From Diadema antillarum (Eukaryota), in NCBI RefSeq assembly GCF_040938485.1, contig NW_027271466.1, positions 1,426,001 through 1,490,000 on the forward strand: a stretch of 64,000 nt of DNA, written 5' to 3'. The notes beneath the pieces were generated by a model that saw only the letters and a program-made list of their open reading frames with translations, was not told where the DNA came from and did not search any database. Position numbers and translations under genes: made by a program. Of this stretch, positions 1-11,762 are shown piece by piece; within the stretch, counting starts at the first letter, position 1; each line of letters starts with the position of its first letter.

Positions 1-2682
1 TATCTGTCTATCAATCTCCGCCCTCTGCTCCGCTGGATATCGTCTTGGTGCTTGTCGCACTGGTCTCGCATCACCAGTATCAATGCTGTGCTGGACTAGA
101 TCAGTTCTGCCCAGATCTGTTGGTCCATGTGAGAAGACATCTGCAAAATCTTGCAGCAGCTCTGCTATTTGTGTGTGGTACTGCTCTGGGACCTCTTCAA
201 TGCTTCGCTCGTACAGCTCTGCTACATGTGATGGCATGCCATCACCACCGTTCACGTCACGTGGAATTAACTCGACCTGTTCAGCGTTTTGGAGCTGAGT
301 CAGACACGCCACCATAGTGCCCTGCTTCACCACTCTCTCTTCCTTTGTGGGGTTGTAAACTCTGATAGGGAGTACCTCAGCATTCGCCTCAACGACAGCC
401 CTTGCTATCAGCAAGCCCTTACTGAGGGTCTCAGCCTGGTTGGTAGGAGCTTCCAGCAGGCCAACTCCTGCGATTGGTTGTGGCCTTCCACCTGCCACCA
501 TGCCTTTCAATATTGCCTCGTGTCCTGGGGGTACTGAACTGGTCTCGCTTGCTATGATTCTGCGGCAGAAAGGCTGACCCCGATGATCTTTGCATTGGAT
601 CGTTTCCCATGGCAGCTGCAACTCCAGTTTGCGGCAATCCAGCACCGACTGTGTTTGCATCAAGAAGTCCAACCCGATGATACCCTCATTGTGAAGATTG
701 GCCACCGTCACCTCAAACACGAACAGCAAATGTCCCATCTGGATTTCAGCCAGTGTTTTACCACTGGTCTCGAGTGGAGAACCGTCTGCTTGGCGCACTG
801 TACGAGTTGCTCGCTGCAATACCGGCTTCCTTGCATCTTCAATCTTGCTGAAGATCGCATTGGACACATACGTCTGCGATGAACCGGTATCAATTAGGAA
901 TGTGATGGGCTGACCGTTGATCTTAGACTCAACATGAAGACCGTGGTATCTGCTATTGCCAACTGGCCGTGCTTGCTCTGCTTGTTCAGCCTGGGGTGCT
1001 GGCTGTGGTTGTTCTGGTGTCCTTTGTTGCACGCCACCAACATCGCTACGAAGTGGAGCTGGTCCCCACTCTGGCTGACTGCGCGCTGGTATCTGCTCGA
1101 TATTTGATGCTTGGGGGCAGTGCCTCCAACCATGGCCAACTTGATTGCAGTGGTAGCACCTCCTCCTGTCTGCATCGATGTTTGCTGGCATACTTCTAAG
1201 TGGTTGCTTCACTAGACGTGGGCAATCTCGTTTCCAATGGCCAGCTTGGCCGCAATTGAAACAATTGTTGCTCTGGTCCCCAGGCAGTGATGATGCTGGT
1301 ACCCTTGCAAATTGTGATGTCGCGTTGGTTCTCGATCGTGTTGGTGGAGAAGATTCCACTCTGGAAATCAGCTCTTCCACTGCTTTCGTCATTCGCCTCA
1401 TAGCGCCGTCTTTCTCCTTGGTTGCAGGGCTCTTCTGCTCTACATCATCAGTCGCCAGTGCTCTGCTATACCGCTGCGACCGGCCATCGCTTCTCTCCGT
1501 CTCCATCCTCAGGAAAGCCTCTGTACTCAATGCTGCTTCGATCGCCTCGTCAAGTGTGCGGGGCTGGGCGCGGAAAAGACCTTCTCGTATCTCTGCTCTT
1601 ACGACCGCGTCCATGAAGTGGCCTCTTGCTAAGCGATCTTGCCCCGCCTCGTCAAATTCTTGGTAGGCTAATGCAGTCAGCTCCCGAATACCCTGCCCCA
1701 ACTCCTGCAGAGTCTCCTTTGGTTTCCTCCTCCTGGTCCGCAGCTCAGCCAAGAAGACCTCGGATTTGCCTGCTGGGCCGAACCGTTGCTTAAGCCTATT
1801 TACCAGCTCGCTGTACGTTAACCTCCTTCCTGTCTGTTGAACAAGGACCTTTACAGCTGGGCCTCGCATGCTGGCAGCCAAATACTGCAGTGCTTCATCT
1901 TCGGACCATCCGTTCACCCCTGCGCAGGCCTCAAAATGACTCAAATAGTCAAGAATCGGCCCCCTGCCGTCGAATCTATCGGGAGTCATCCGCAGCTTAT
2001 CTCCACCTCTATATCTGCGCTGGTAACTGCCTTCGTCCCACAGTTCTGGTCTTCGCCACGGTGTACCCATTGCTGATGGTGCTGCTGATGAATTACCTCC
2101 AGCACCTACCAGGACTTCATTTACTGGTGCTGGCTGGTTGCCCGTTGCTGGTGTCTCCCAGCTGGTCTGCTGGATCCTGCTGGGGCCGCCTGCCATCCTA
2201 CCTTCACATGTAGGACCACTCTGCCATTGCTGACTTCCAGTCATCATGCCGACACCAAGCCGTTGCGCTGTAACTGGTTGTTTGCGATACCTGCTGTATC
2301 CATCGTTGACTGGTCTGCTTCCAGGTGTTGCAAAACTACTGGGGAACGAATGAGGAATCTCAACGTTTCCACCAGATCGCCTTGCAAAACTAACAGGAGG
2401 AGCTTTACTTTCGGATGACTCTGCTGCAGCATTTGGTGCTGTGGTGAAGCCATCCTGGTCTAGTGGTGTGCTGCTGCTAATTCCTGCCCTTCCTGAACTC
2501 ATCGTTCTTGAGCTGGGGTAGCTGGTGGTAGCTGGTCCCTGCGACGGAGCTGGAGTTCTTCCGAGTGCTGCACGAAGATCTGTCATCATCGCTTCGACGT
2601 CTGCCAGCTCCTGTTCTAGCTGCCACCAAATTTCCGCTGGAGTTTGCTGACGCACGCCAGCAGTCCTTGCTGAGTGATGCAT
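1..2682 (-). CDS. gag-pol: Ty3/Gypsy gag-pol polyprotein, single open frame, 3'-partial (gag capsid, two CCHC zinc knuckles, aspartic protease, start of reverse transcriptase)
   Basis: Manual translation from ATG at 2682-2680 gives 894 codons with no stop to position 1. It is missing from the ORF track, probably because it runs off the window. Motifs: gag-type PDRFDG...DYLSHFEACA..NGWSEDEALQYLAASMRG; CFNCGQAGHWKRDC (1263-1222); CYHCNQVGHGWRHC (1158-1117); protease FLIDTGSS (DTG 891-883) and GIIGLDFL; RT N-terminus DLGRTDLVQHSIDTGDARPVRQAPRRYP. Confidence 0.95.
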   Translation of the reverse strand, partial: MHHSARTAGVRQQTPAEIWWQLEQELADVEAMMTDLRAALGRTPAPSQGPATTSYPSSRTMSSGRAGISSSTPLDQDGFTTAPNAAAESSESKAPPVSFARRSGGNVEIPHSFPSSFATPGSRPVNDGYSRYRKQPVTAQRLGVGMMTGSQQWQSGPTCEGRMAGGPSRIQQTSWETPATGNQPAPVNEVLVGAGGNSSAAPSAMGTPWRRPELWDEGSYQRRYRGGDKLRMTPDRFDGRGPILDYLSHFEACAGVNGWSEDEALQYLAASMRGPAVKVLVQQTGRRLTYSELVNRLKQRFGPAGKSEVFLAELRTRRRKPKETLQELGQGIRELTALAYQEFDEAGQDRLARGHFMDAVVRAEIREGLFRAQPRTLDEAIEAALSTEAFLRMETERSDGRSQRYSRALATDDVEQKSPATKEKDGAMRRMTKAVEELISRVESSPPTRSRTNATSQFARVPASSLPGDQSNNCFNCGQAGHWKRDCPRLVKQPLRSMPANIDADRRRCYHCNQVGHGWRHCPQASNIEQIPARSQPEWGPAPLRSDVGGVQQRTPEQPQPAPQAEQAEQARPVGNSRYHGLHVESKINGQPITFLIDTGSSQTYVSNAIFSKIEDARKPVLQRATRTVRQADGSPLETSGKTLAEIQMGHLLFVFEVTVANLHNEGIIGLDFLMQTQSVLDCRKLELQLPWETIQCKDHRGQPFCRRIIASETSSVPPGHEAILKGMVAGGRPQPIAGVGLLEAPTNQAETLSKGLLIARAVVEANAEVLPIRVYNPTKEERVVKQGTMVACLTQLQNAEQVELIPRDVNGGDGMPSHVAELYERSIEEVPEQYHTQIAELLQDFADVFSHGPTDLGRTDLVQHSIDTGDARPVRQAPRRYPAEQRAEIDRQI

Positions 2683-2705
2683 GTTGCGCTGCCCTGTCTA
2701 CTGCC

Positions 2706-2724
2706 AATCCCACTCCTGACACCA
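2706..2724 (-). promoter_or_regulatory. Primer-binding site complementary to the tRNA-Leu 3' end
   Basis: The minus strand reads TGGTGTCAGGAGTGGGATT, 2 nt inside the LTR CA end. The plus strand AATCCCACTCCTGACACCA matches the conserved tRNA-Leu(CAG)-type 3' end including CCA. Confidence 0.9.
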
Positions 2725-2726
2725 CG

Positions 2727-3625
2727 TGTAGCCTTCTCTCCTTCTGTCGCTAGTGTATATGTTGTTATACGCTGTGTGCCATCCGGCCCCGGCAACTAGC
2801 TGGAGAAGGGTCAGGATGGTCCGAGCTAGGCTGGGGTCCGTTTGGTTGAAATATACAACCAGGCGTGGAGAACGGCGTTGAAATGTACCATATTGCTGGG
2901 TTACTTACTACCAGTCTATTCCCATTACTTGCTCACTACCAGAATACTACCAGTCACAATTCATCCAACGAAGATACCAATATCAGATACCACCAGTTCA
3001 CTCGCATATTAGTTAAGCAGTATCGTAATTGCATTGCACTACTCACCGATACTTATGTTATACTGCAGCAGACTTCAAAGGAAACGGTCCAGGCAGTAGT
3101 GTCCACTTCAATCAACGCTTTATTAATACTCAACAACACTAATCATCCTCACTTTGGCCCGTACCCGGGCCCACCCAGCTCTTTGGCCTGTATCCAGGCC
3201 CACCCAGCTGGCTTATCCACACCTTGGCCCGTATCTAGGCCCACCCAGCTGTTTCGATACATATTCGACCTCTTATTATTCTCCGACCGCTATATTTTCG
3301 AAACAGTTACGCATTTTACTTACTGACCTTTCCCTCACATACTAACGCTTATTAACCTTCCTCATCATACGGAAATGATTAGATAACAAAGCAATAATTA
3401 TATGAAAAATTATTACTGAACATAATCGCATCTCCAACAATTATTACCCCTCTAAAATTCCTAACAAAATAATCCATAATCGTCAGTTTCCTTGAAACTG
3501 ATCGATTCATGATCGATTGTTCAAACAATCGATCGATTATATAATCTATCACGGAACTTCCAATATTGGGCTAATTTTCACCCGTTTTCTTACTAATACA
3601 CTAATCTACCAATTCTTCATTGGTT

Positions 3626-3628
<3 letters not shown>
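2727..3628 (-). mobile_element. 5' LTR of the Gypsy element (about 902 bp)
   Basis: Starts TGTAGCC next to the PBS and ends GGTTACA (imperfect terminal IR, TG...CA), immediately followed by (AT)n. Contains three ~29-bp repeats (3152-3250). The outer boundary is inferred because the partner LTR lies outside the window. Confidence 0.65.

Positions 3629-3660
<32 letters not shown>
3629..3660. repeat. (AT)n microsatellite at the LTR junction
   Basis: Pure AT dinucleotide run. Confidence 0.95.
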
Positions 3661-3664
<4 letters not shown>

Positions 3665-4227
3665 CATACTTATGATTGAAATTTATCTTGTACCAATTTG
3701 CACATGCACAAATGCTAAAAAGTACAAAATCTTTGTAACAACACTCCACAAAACAAAATGAATAATAAAAACAAAATTTCCTTCATTCTTATAACAATTT
3801 CGTTGTTGTTGATTTATTTCGTCATTGTCGGTTCGTTTTAGCCGGGAACCTTGGTTTTCCTGTTGACAGGTGTTTGTGAAATCAGACCGTAAGTAAAGGA
3901 CAGTGCCACGGTCATTTGTTCTTTACCTATTGTCCACCATAGAGGCAGGATGTCATATGTAGTGTAAGTAAGATACATGTAATCTGTTCAAGGTAAGAGT
4001 TCAACCACCACGCTGGATTGAGGTATCACTCGTGATATCATCAAAAAAAGGCTGACACAGAAGCCAATAAGGAGATGGTGACCATTGCTGTCTGTGTATG
4101 TGTGCTATTTCTTTTTCAAATAATATCTTTTCACTTTCATTCAAATGACACCAGAAACATCAATCAATTTTGATGTTACTGCACAACACAACAGAATAAT
4201 TTCTTCTTCTTTTTTTGTCTATATATA

Positions 4228-4378
4228 CAGGGCTCCACACTTACGTTTATTTTTGGTGGCCCAAAGGCAAACATCCGCCCGATCAGGCCACCAAATGCTT
4301 CATTTCTGAAATTTTGGTGGCCCGACGTGCGTTTTTGGTGGCCCCGGGCCACCGGGCCACCGTTAGTGTCGAGCCTTG
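4228..4378. mobile_element. hAT-like MITE (151 bp)
   Basis: TIRs CAGGGCTCCACACT / AGTGTCGAGCCTTG (12/14 match), internal GGTGGCCC/GGCCACC repeats, flanked by ATATATA on both sides. Confidence 0.65.
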
Positions 4379-4694
4379 ATATATAGGTAACAATTGGGAT
4401 ATACATTATCATTTTTTCACTTGACAACAAGTGAAATACCAATAGTACAGCAATTAAAAACAAAACAAGAAATTGAAGTATATCGTATATGATATAAAAC
4501 ACACCTCCAAAGCAATTCTCGCTAACCATATACAAATGTACTACTATGAACTACCCAGAAACATGGGAGAAAAAACCCTCCATATTTTCATCTCCCTCCT
4601 TATTTATAATCCTAGGCTAACACCTGTCCTTCCTCCCATCCCCTTGGTTTCCAGTCAAAAAAAAAATGCATGTATGCATCTCCACGTGACACAT

Positions 4695-4707
4695 GCACAC
4701 ACACACA

Positions 4708-4771
<64 letters not shown>

Positions 4772-4780
4772 TTCACACAC
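4695..4780. repeat. (CA)n microsatellite
   Basis: Long CA run with few interruptions. Confidence 0.95.
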
Positions 4781-5012
4781 ATCTGTGGTCAAGAACAAAA
4801 GTGCAGTGCAGATATTGATTTGTAGGAACTGTGTAATTTGCTTCCTGTGATGAAACAAAAACGACATAGCCATTCCATGGTTTTTCAGAGGTGGAGTTAT
4901 TCTGCATAATATAGTTTACGCAGGATATTATATACACTGAGATTTTTTATGCCACAGCGGAATGACATGCTATATGTTCAGTAGTTCAGTTGTGTTGAGG
5001 CCTCAAAGCATA

Positions 5013-6017
5013 GGCTTGTGCCGAAAGGGTGGGTTGGGTGGTGGCGCGTTGCGTTAATGGGAACACCACCCTTCGTCCAAAGCCCCCCCCCCCCCCCCCC
5101 CCGCCCCCCCCCCCCGGTTTTGCCGAAAGGGTGCGTTGGTACTTTTTCTCATGTAATATTAAAAGACGAGTTTTGAATTTATATTTAACCTTCAAACAAG
5201 CATTTCCAGAGGCTCTTGTCCGGATCGGTTTACACTCTATTACCACTTGGTCTACCGCCAGTTGGTCTAATAGACTGTTTAATATCAGTTGGTCTAATAA
5301 CCAGTTGATCTAGTCATCATTTTGTCCAATTACTGTGTGGTCTAGTGGTTTAATTACTATTTGGTCTACAGTCAATTCGTCTAATAATAGCCATTTGGTC
5401 TATTTTTGGTCTAACACCAATTTATATCATCAAATACCGATTTGGTCTATTATGAGTAGGTCTAATTCCATTTCGTCTAATCATCAAATGGTGTACAATA
5501 AAACCAAATTTGTCCAATATAAATTTGGTGTACACATCATTAATTTTGGTCCATTGCCCAGTTGGTCTAGCCTCTGTCTATCATCAATTAGTCTACACCC
5601 ATTTAGTCTAATAACCATTGATCTTATTGTCATTTGGTCTAATAGCCAGCCTCCTGGTCTAATCAGGTACCATTTGGTCCAATCATCGTTTCGTCTATAT
5701 GACCAACTGGGCTATTTTTTTTTTGAGGGGGGGGGGCCTTTTTCTACGACTATGGACTACCCTCTGACCCTGCACTGAGGGAGAAAACAGATGTTCATAC
5801 ACATGAAATAAGATTAGGGTAAAGTTTAGGGTCCCTCGCCCCTCCCCCATGGTGCCAGACCAACTGGCTGTAGACCAAGTGGTAATAGAGTGTAACCCAA
5901 CACTCCCAACGCACCCTTTCGGCAAAACCGGGGGGGGGGGGGGGGGGCTTTGGACGAAGGGTGGTGTTCCCATTAACGCGACGCGCCACCACCCAACCCA
6001 CCCTTTCGGCACAAGCC
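5013..6017. mobile_element. MuDR/Mutator-like non-autonomous element (1005 bp) with ~115-125-bp TIRs
   Basis: TIRs 5013-5139 and 5906-6017 (GGCTTGTGCCGAAAGGGTG...). Flanks CAAAGCATA (5004-5012) and CAAAGGATA (6018-6026) give a 9-bp TSD with 1 mismatch. Confidence 0.8.
5227..5898. mobile_element. Nested TIR element built from TTGGTCTA subrepeats
   Basis: TIRs GG(T/G)TTACACTCTATTACCACTTGGTCTA...GCCAGTTGGTCT at both ends; roughly 20 degenerate GGTCTA/CGTCTA motifs at 15-25-bp spacing. No TSD found. Confidence 0.7.
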
Positions 6018-6116
6018 CAAAGGATATACCCATACAATGAATACATGTTTATCAGAGCTTATTTTGAAAAAAGAATAATTGAAGGTCCCATTTACCTTTG
6101 GGAGCAGTATTTAAAA

Positions 6117-6156
<40 letters not shown>

Positions 6157-6967
6157 ATTTGATGCATATGTGTAAATAGGTCTGTTGTATCACAAAACAT
6201 CTATACCATAGAAATTTTTTTGCCATAAAACATTAAGATAATATAAGCAGATATCATATTTTTCTCAATAAACCATAACTGCAGACAGTTTAGCCTGGAA
6301 ACTTTTTCTATTACAACTATTGTTCTCTTTTTTTTTCAATAATGCTTAACATCAGTTATATGAATTCATTTTTTTTTAAAGCACTAATGCTGGGTTTTTA
6401 TGTCATCTGCAAATGGTAAATTATGTCTTTAAGGCCACTGGGTCTTTTTAAAGTGTGTTATATGACATGTTTCCACCATTCATCATCTCCTCCACCAGCA
6501 TACAGACTTGTATTTTACTTTGGTGCCATGCAGATACTTGAATATCTATACCACAAGAATAAATTGCCTCATCTGCAGAGAAATAACATCGTGAGTCTAT
6601 CTACAAGCAATCATTAATTAGAGTGCCAATTTTCTCCCCATTTCCGCCCCTTACCCATCACTGTTAATTTGCCGATCTGTCTCACTCTCTCTCTCTTACT
6701 TATTTCTTCACAGCTCACTGGATTTTCTCTCACTCCCTAATCATATTTGTCTGTTTGGGTCGGGTACACATGCAAATGCAACTTCTAAACTGTCCACATA
6801 GACACACACCATGATCGTTTTAGTTCATTATAGAATATATTAAGCAATCGTTGTAATCAGAAATATAGATTCAGAGACAGAGAGAGAGACTCGGAAGTCA
6901 GAGAGAGAGACAGGGAAACAAAAAGACAACAGAGATATATATGAAAGAGGGAGAGAAAAAAGAAATG

Positions 6968-7045
6968 TGTGAGTGTGTGTGTGTTTTTTTGTGTGTGTAT
7001 GCGTGCATGTGTGTGTGTGTGTGTGCGTGTGTGTGTGTGTGTGAG
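6968..7045. repeat. (GT)n microsatellite
   Basis: Interrupted GT run. Confidence 0.9.
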
Positions 7046-8196
7046 TGTAAATATTGTTTGTTTGTTTGGTTTATTTCTGCATTTTCTTTCTCCAAATACA
7101 ATTGCAAATGAAAACAGAGTGATACAGATAACATACAAATCAATAAAAAAATATATATATCATTTGCGTAACAACATCAGTCTGTAGTGACACATGAATC
7201 AAAATAACATATTAAGGCATACTGTATCTATGAACAAATGAGAAATCAATACAGGGGACCGTCATCATAAGCAGAGCTTGACATGGATGAGGCCCTATCT
7301 ATATATGTAATACAAATATAATACAACACCAATTATATATGTACTTATAAAACTCTTAATCTTGATACACGAAACACATTTTGCTAAATATACATTATTG
7401 TACTACATAGAGAGTTTAGTATACATACACATGCATGCTTGTATAGGCTTATACATGGGCCATGACGTGAGAAAGTTACTGCACCCAAACGCCATGTAAC
7501 AGTGCCAAAGTTTGACAACCAATGATACGCAAGATTCAGAGCTACAAGTGTATAACTATGTATGTAGCTAGCTGTACACCAGAGTCTGTTCGTGTCAAGC
7601 TCCCCACCCATGACCATGTCTTTTTCTATCTTGGCTGCATATTTTGATTATTATTTTATTCATTGACTTGAATAAGTCGAGTTGAACATCAACATATTGA
7701 ATCTGTGATGAAGTGGCAAGAACATAATATATACTGAACTTATAATGTTGAATTAATGGAAAATGTTTGAATTTTGATGCTCGGTGTGGTCTGTCCCCAA
7801 TGCAGTCCCAATCTTTCTTCTTTTTTTACACACATTTTCAGGCATTCGATATTCTACACACAAACACAATAGCGTGTTGACACAGACGTGTCATTTCCAT
7901 ACATTTGCTTTATCATAAACAATTAAAAAACTCATTTAATCCAATATTTCTCTTCTAATTTCTTCTGTTCTCTTTCTTCTGCAAGTTCATGAACATGTTA
8001 ACGTTTAAAAGATGCATATTTTACAATCTCGCTGTATATCCAGAGCATTGAAAGGATCAAAACTTTTGCAGTATAATGCATGCAATGTGAAATGCACGCC
8101 AGCAGTTCTGGGTTTAAACCTTTAAACAAGTATGAATCAGCCCTTTGGTGGTTCGCTTCCCTTTACCCTCATTACCCCCTCTTCCTTACTCCCTCT

Positions 8197-8353
8197 NNNN
8201 NNNNNNNNNNNNNNNNNNNNNNNNNNNNNNNNNNNNNNNNNNNNNNNNNNNNNNNNNNNNNNNNNNNNNNNNNNNNNNNNNNNNNNNNNNNNNNNNNNNN
8301 NNNNNNNNNNNNNNNNNNNNNNNNNNNNNNNNNNNNNNNNNNNNNNNNNNNNN
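8197..8353. other. Assembly gap (157 N)
   Basis: Run of N following a CCCT-rich low-complexity tract. Confidence 1.
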
Positions 8354-8827
8354 GAGGCAATTGCATATTATAGACTTTCACATTTTCCATGTTTGCACTA
8401 TCAACCACCTGTGTCACTAAATGACTACCTTGGCTGCTGCATGGGATGAATTAACCCTTTCAGTCACCCACCAGCACAGTACAGTGCAAATTGACATTGC
8501 ACCCCAGCAGAGTCTCCAACGGTAATGGAAGAGTCAAGTGTTATGGGGGGGGGGTGGATGAGTGCTCCGCGAGGCAGGATGTTAAAGGGGAAGTTTTCCC
8601 CTTAATGTATAGATTCAGTGAATGCAGGGAGATAACATCATTTTTCTACTTCTTTTCTCAATTTCGACATCAAAAGCACCTCTAAACGACGAATGTCAGG
8701 ATTCCAAGTACATGTCATAAAATGAAAATTTGTGAAATTCTGTTTTGTTTTGTTTTGTTTTGTTTACTAAATCTATCTGACATGCAGAAAACTACGACAA
8801 CAAACGAAACCTAAATGTTTAGATGTA

Positions 8828-8995
8828 CAGGGGCGGATCCAGGGAGGACTGCAACCGGCGCACCCCCCCCCCCTTTATTTTTTGTTGAAACAAAAGAAAT
8901 AAAAAGAAAAAAATGGGGGGAGGGATGCGTGCGCCCCCCCCCCTTTATTTTTGTAAACGCGCCCCCTCTTTACGAAATTCCTGGATCCGCCCCTG
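8828..8995. mobile_element. MITE with CAGGGGCGGATCCAGG TIRs and 6-bp TSD (168 bp)
   Basis: Perfect 16-bp TIR; GATGTA on both flanks (8822-8827, 8996-9001). Confidence 0.9.
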
Positions 8996-9059
8996 GATGT
9001 ATGAGTTTTTACAAACCTCTGAAACTTAACTGTTAAAACAGCTTGAAAGACTTTTAGTG

Positions 9060-9265
9060 GGTCTGTAGTTCTTTCTTCCTATGTGTATCTTCAATGTATA
9101 AAATGGTGTATAAGATCCTCCAGCTCTCCTCAAGGACTTGTTAAAAATGAATAAGACCCTAAATCTCACATGTGTAGGGATTATAGATTGCAATGATATG
9201 ATTTCGTTCATCCTTGACGTTGAATTAGCAAATGTCGGGAAAATTAAAACCGTCCATGTCACCGT
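9060..9265 (-). pseudogene. Possible decayed CR1/L2-type LINE endonuclease fragment
   Basis: The minus strand encodes GFNFPDIC* (cf. CR1 GDFNFPDICW) and, after a frameshift, LTSLEES...IEDTHRK, resembling the APE-domain C-terminus. Heavily degraded. Confidence 0.25.
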
Positions 9266-9399
9266 TAATTATTTTGACATTTTATATTGTTATTTCTCGA
9301 AGACGGAAAGGTTCTGAACTTTAGGACTTTCCCTACGTATGATAGAACATTCTGATAGAATCAACATAGATAATCCAGTTATGAAAACTGCTGATGACA

Positions 9400-9860
9400 A
9401 ACTAAATGTATAACAAGGCAGAGAAGAAGCAGAAAGAGGAAGAAGGAAACAGTAAAGGGAAAAAACGAGAGGAGGATGACATGGAAGAGCAGCAGATGGG
9501 AGAAGAGGGAAATTGATAGGGGAGGAACGAGGAATCCACGGGAAAGGAGGAGGAAGGGATTGTGATAAAGGGAACGGAAAATAAAAAGAGTAAACCAGGA
9601 CGACAGATGGACAAGTGTAAGAGAGGTAGAAGCGAGGGAAGAGCCAAGACCGGCAGCTAAAGAATGTGAAGGAGGGGGAAACAGGGTCTTGAATATGCAA
9701 GAGGAAAAGAAAATAGGAGAAATAAGAAAACCGAGGCAGACCAGAAGGAAAGACGACTGAGAAGATACAAACAAAAAAGGAGAAGAAAATGACTGAAATG
9801 AAGGAGGAGAAAAAATAAGGAACCTATACAAAAAAACAAGTTAAAGGAGGGTGGGAGTTC
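9400..9860. repeat. Purine-rich (GA) low-complexity tract
   Basis: Almost all A/G on the plus strand; it produces the spurious F/L/S-rich minus-strand ORFs. Confidence 0.8.
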
Positions 9861-11762
9861 AGAGGTAGAGATGTGCTAATATGCTTGCCACTTTGGTTAC
9901 TAGTATTCGGCTACTATCCGGGCACTCTTGCCCACCGCCCGAGATAAAAGGAATCGTATTAGAATGAATGAAGACATAGGAAGCGGCGTATTAGTGTGCA
10001 TAATGCATGCAGCATGATCCCATGATGGAGCGTGTTGTCACTTTACTCTGCTGATGAAAAAGCTTTATGTTCATTTTGGTGTCTTTTTTTGTGAGGAATT
10101 TAAGCGGAATAACTCTGTTTGATTAAAATGGAAGATCAGTCACAATTTGGAAAGTTATCATCGCAATATGTTGCTCTAATAAAGTAATGTGCTTTATACT
10201 CTGTGAAATGGCTACGTCGGTCGCGAATGAATGCTATATCTTCCATATATGTATAGATATATTCCCAGTGTTTTAGAGTATGGTACCAAACTTGTAGATA
10301 AAAGTGTAATGTGTACATGCACTGCAGAGTATGGTGAAAAAAAAAAACCCGATAGAGTGTACAAGGTTTGGCGTCATTCACAAGGCCACTGCTATTGTTA
10401 TTTGTAGACTATTTTGGCCAAAATCTTCACTAATGATTGTTGCTTATAGTTTCACTGCATTTGGTTTCTCTTCTTGTTCTTTCCTGCCCGACTTCCCCCT
10501 TTAAGTCGTTCGAAGCGTTAAATTATATTCATCGGCGGCGAAGAAAAAAAAAGAATATGATACTAAATGCATATACACCGTACAAACGGATGCACTTGTA
10601 ATAGGAAAACCGTATGGTCCGCGTGCCTCGCACGATCGCATTTATTATACTTAGCCTTGACGTATTTACAGCGATTGTTGGTGTGTTTTCCGGGGCTAAA
10701 AACTGGGATAATAAGGTCATCCCGATTCATTATAAAACAAGAGAGAGTCCTTTTTAAGTGAGTATTGGGTCTTCAAAGAGATTAACAGCCGAGCCAAAGG
10801 GCATGTACAAGGCAATACTAGGTACAGCGGAAGAGTCCTGGAAGCAAACCGAGTAGTCTTGTGATCATCGAACAGGTGTGATCTAGTTTCGTGCGAAATT
10901 AAACATATTTATTCTGTAATAGCAGCATTTATCATCACGAGAAAACTTTTTTTTCGCTCTCGATTGTTCCCTTCCACACGAGCAGTGCATGCGTCTTGTC
11001 ATATGAATTCATTTTTTACTTATGTAGTTTGTTTATGAGTTTATCCGACAAGCTATACTATTCAGCAAATAACTTAATAAGAATATGAATTGAACCACAT
11101 GCAAACAAAACGCGATATGATCACAGTAACACTAAATCAAAACGATTAGATTAATCTTTAAAAAAATGGATCTTGAACGTGTTTTTTCTAATTGTTTTTG
11201 TGTTTGTGTGTGCGCTTTGTTTTGTTTGTTTGTTTGTGTGTGTGTTGTTATCTTTTTTATTTCCAAGCAAGCTATTATCTATTTCATATGACAATATTTG
11301 GCAACAATTTCGATTGATTTCCTTGGAGAATTTAAGAACAGACAGCTTGTGATAAGTCACTGCAAGCATTCAGCGGCTCTCTTCGTTAGGTGTGTTCTTT
11401 GTCTGTTTGTTGTTCTTGTAGTATAAAATTAGACAGGGAGGAGTATGCGTCAAAATCTACAAGCTATCCTCTTCCACAGCGACAATTAATCGAAAAGGTA
11501 TACGTCAAAGTGTACATGTATTGGATTTTTAAACCTCGTCTGGTCATACCTGGGCACCTGTCAGCTTAGTTGGTTCTACAAAAGATAACTTACCTTGCAA
11601 GCATTTCATTGTGATATTGTGACCTCAAGTTTAAGTTATGAAGTAACATTACAGCCTTTTTTTCTATAGTGAGGTTTGATTTGATTTGATTTGATTTGAT
11701 TTCTATGTATATACAAAGTCAAACAATCTTTCAATACTAATATATTACTAACATTATATTAA

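Noticed and set aside
45-2753. Numerous plus-strand and alternative-frame ORFs (e.g. 1178-1666, 2244-2453, 2477-2725)
   Set aside because: Shadows of the Gypsy gag-pol frame; no independent motifs.
3870-3888. 19-nt segment with acceptor- and donor-like flanks next to the LTR
   Set aside because: No partner exons or coding signal; such matches arise by chance.
4473-7187. His/Thr- or Cys/Val-rich ORFs (also 13826, 21379-21859, 24516-24886, 48961-49262)
   Set aside because: Translations of (CA)n/(GT)n microsatellites.
8600-8750. TTAAAGGGGAAGTT start resembling a Kolobok-type terminus
   Set aside because: No matching opposite terminus found; at most a decayed fragment.
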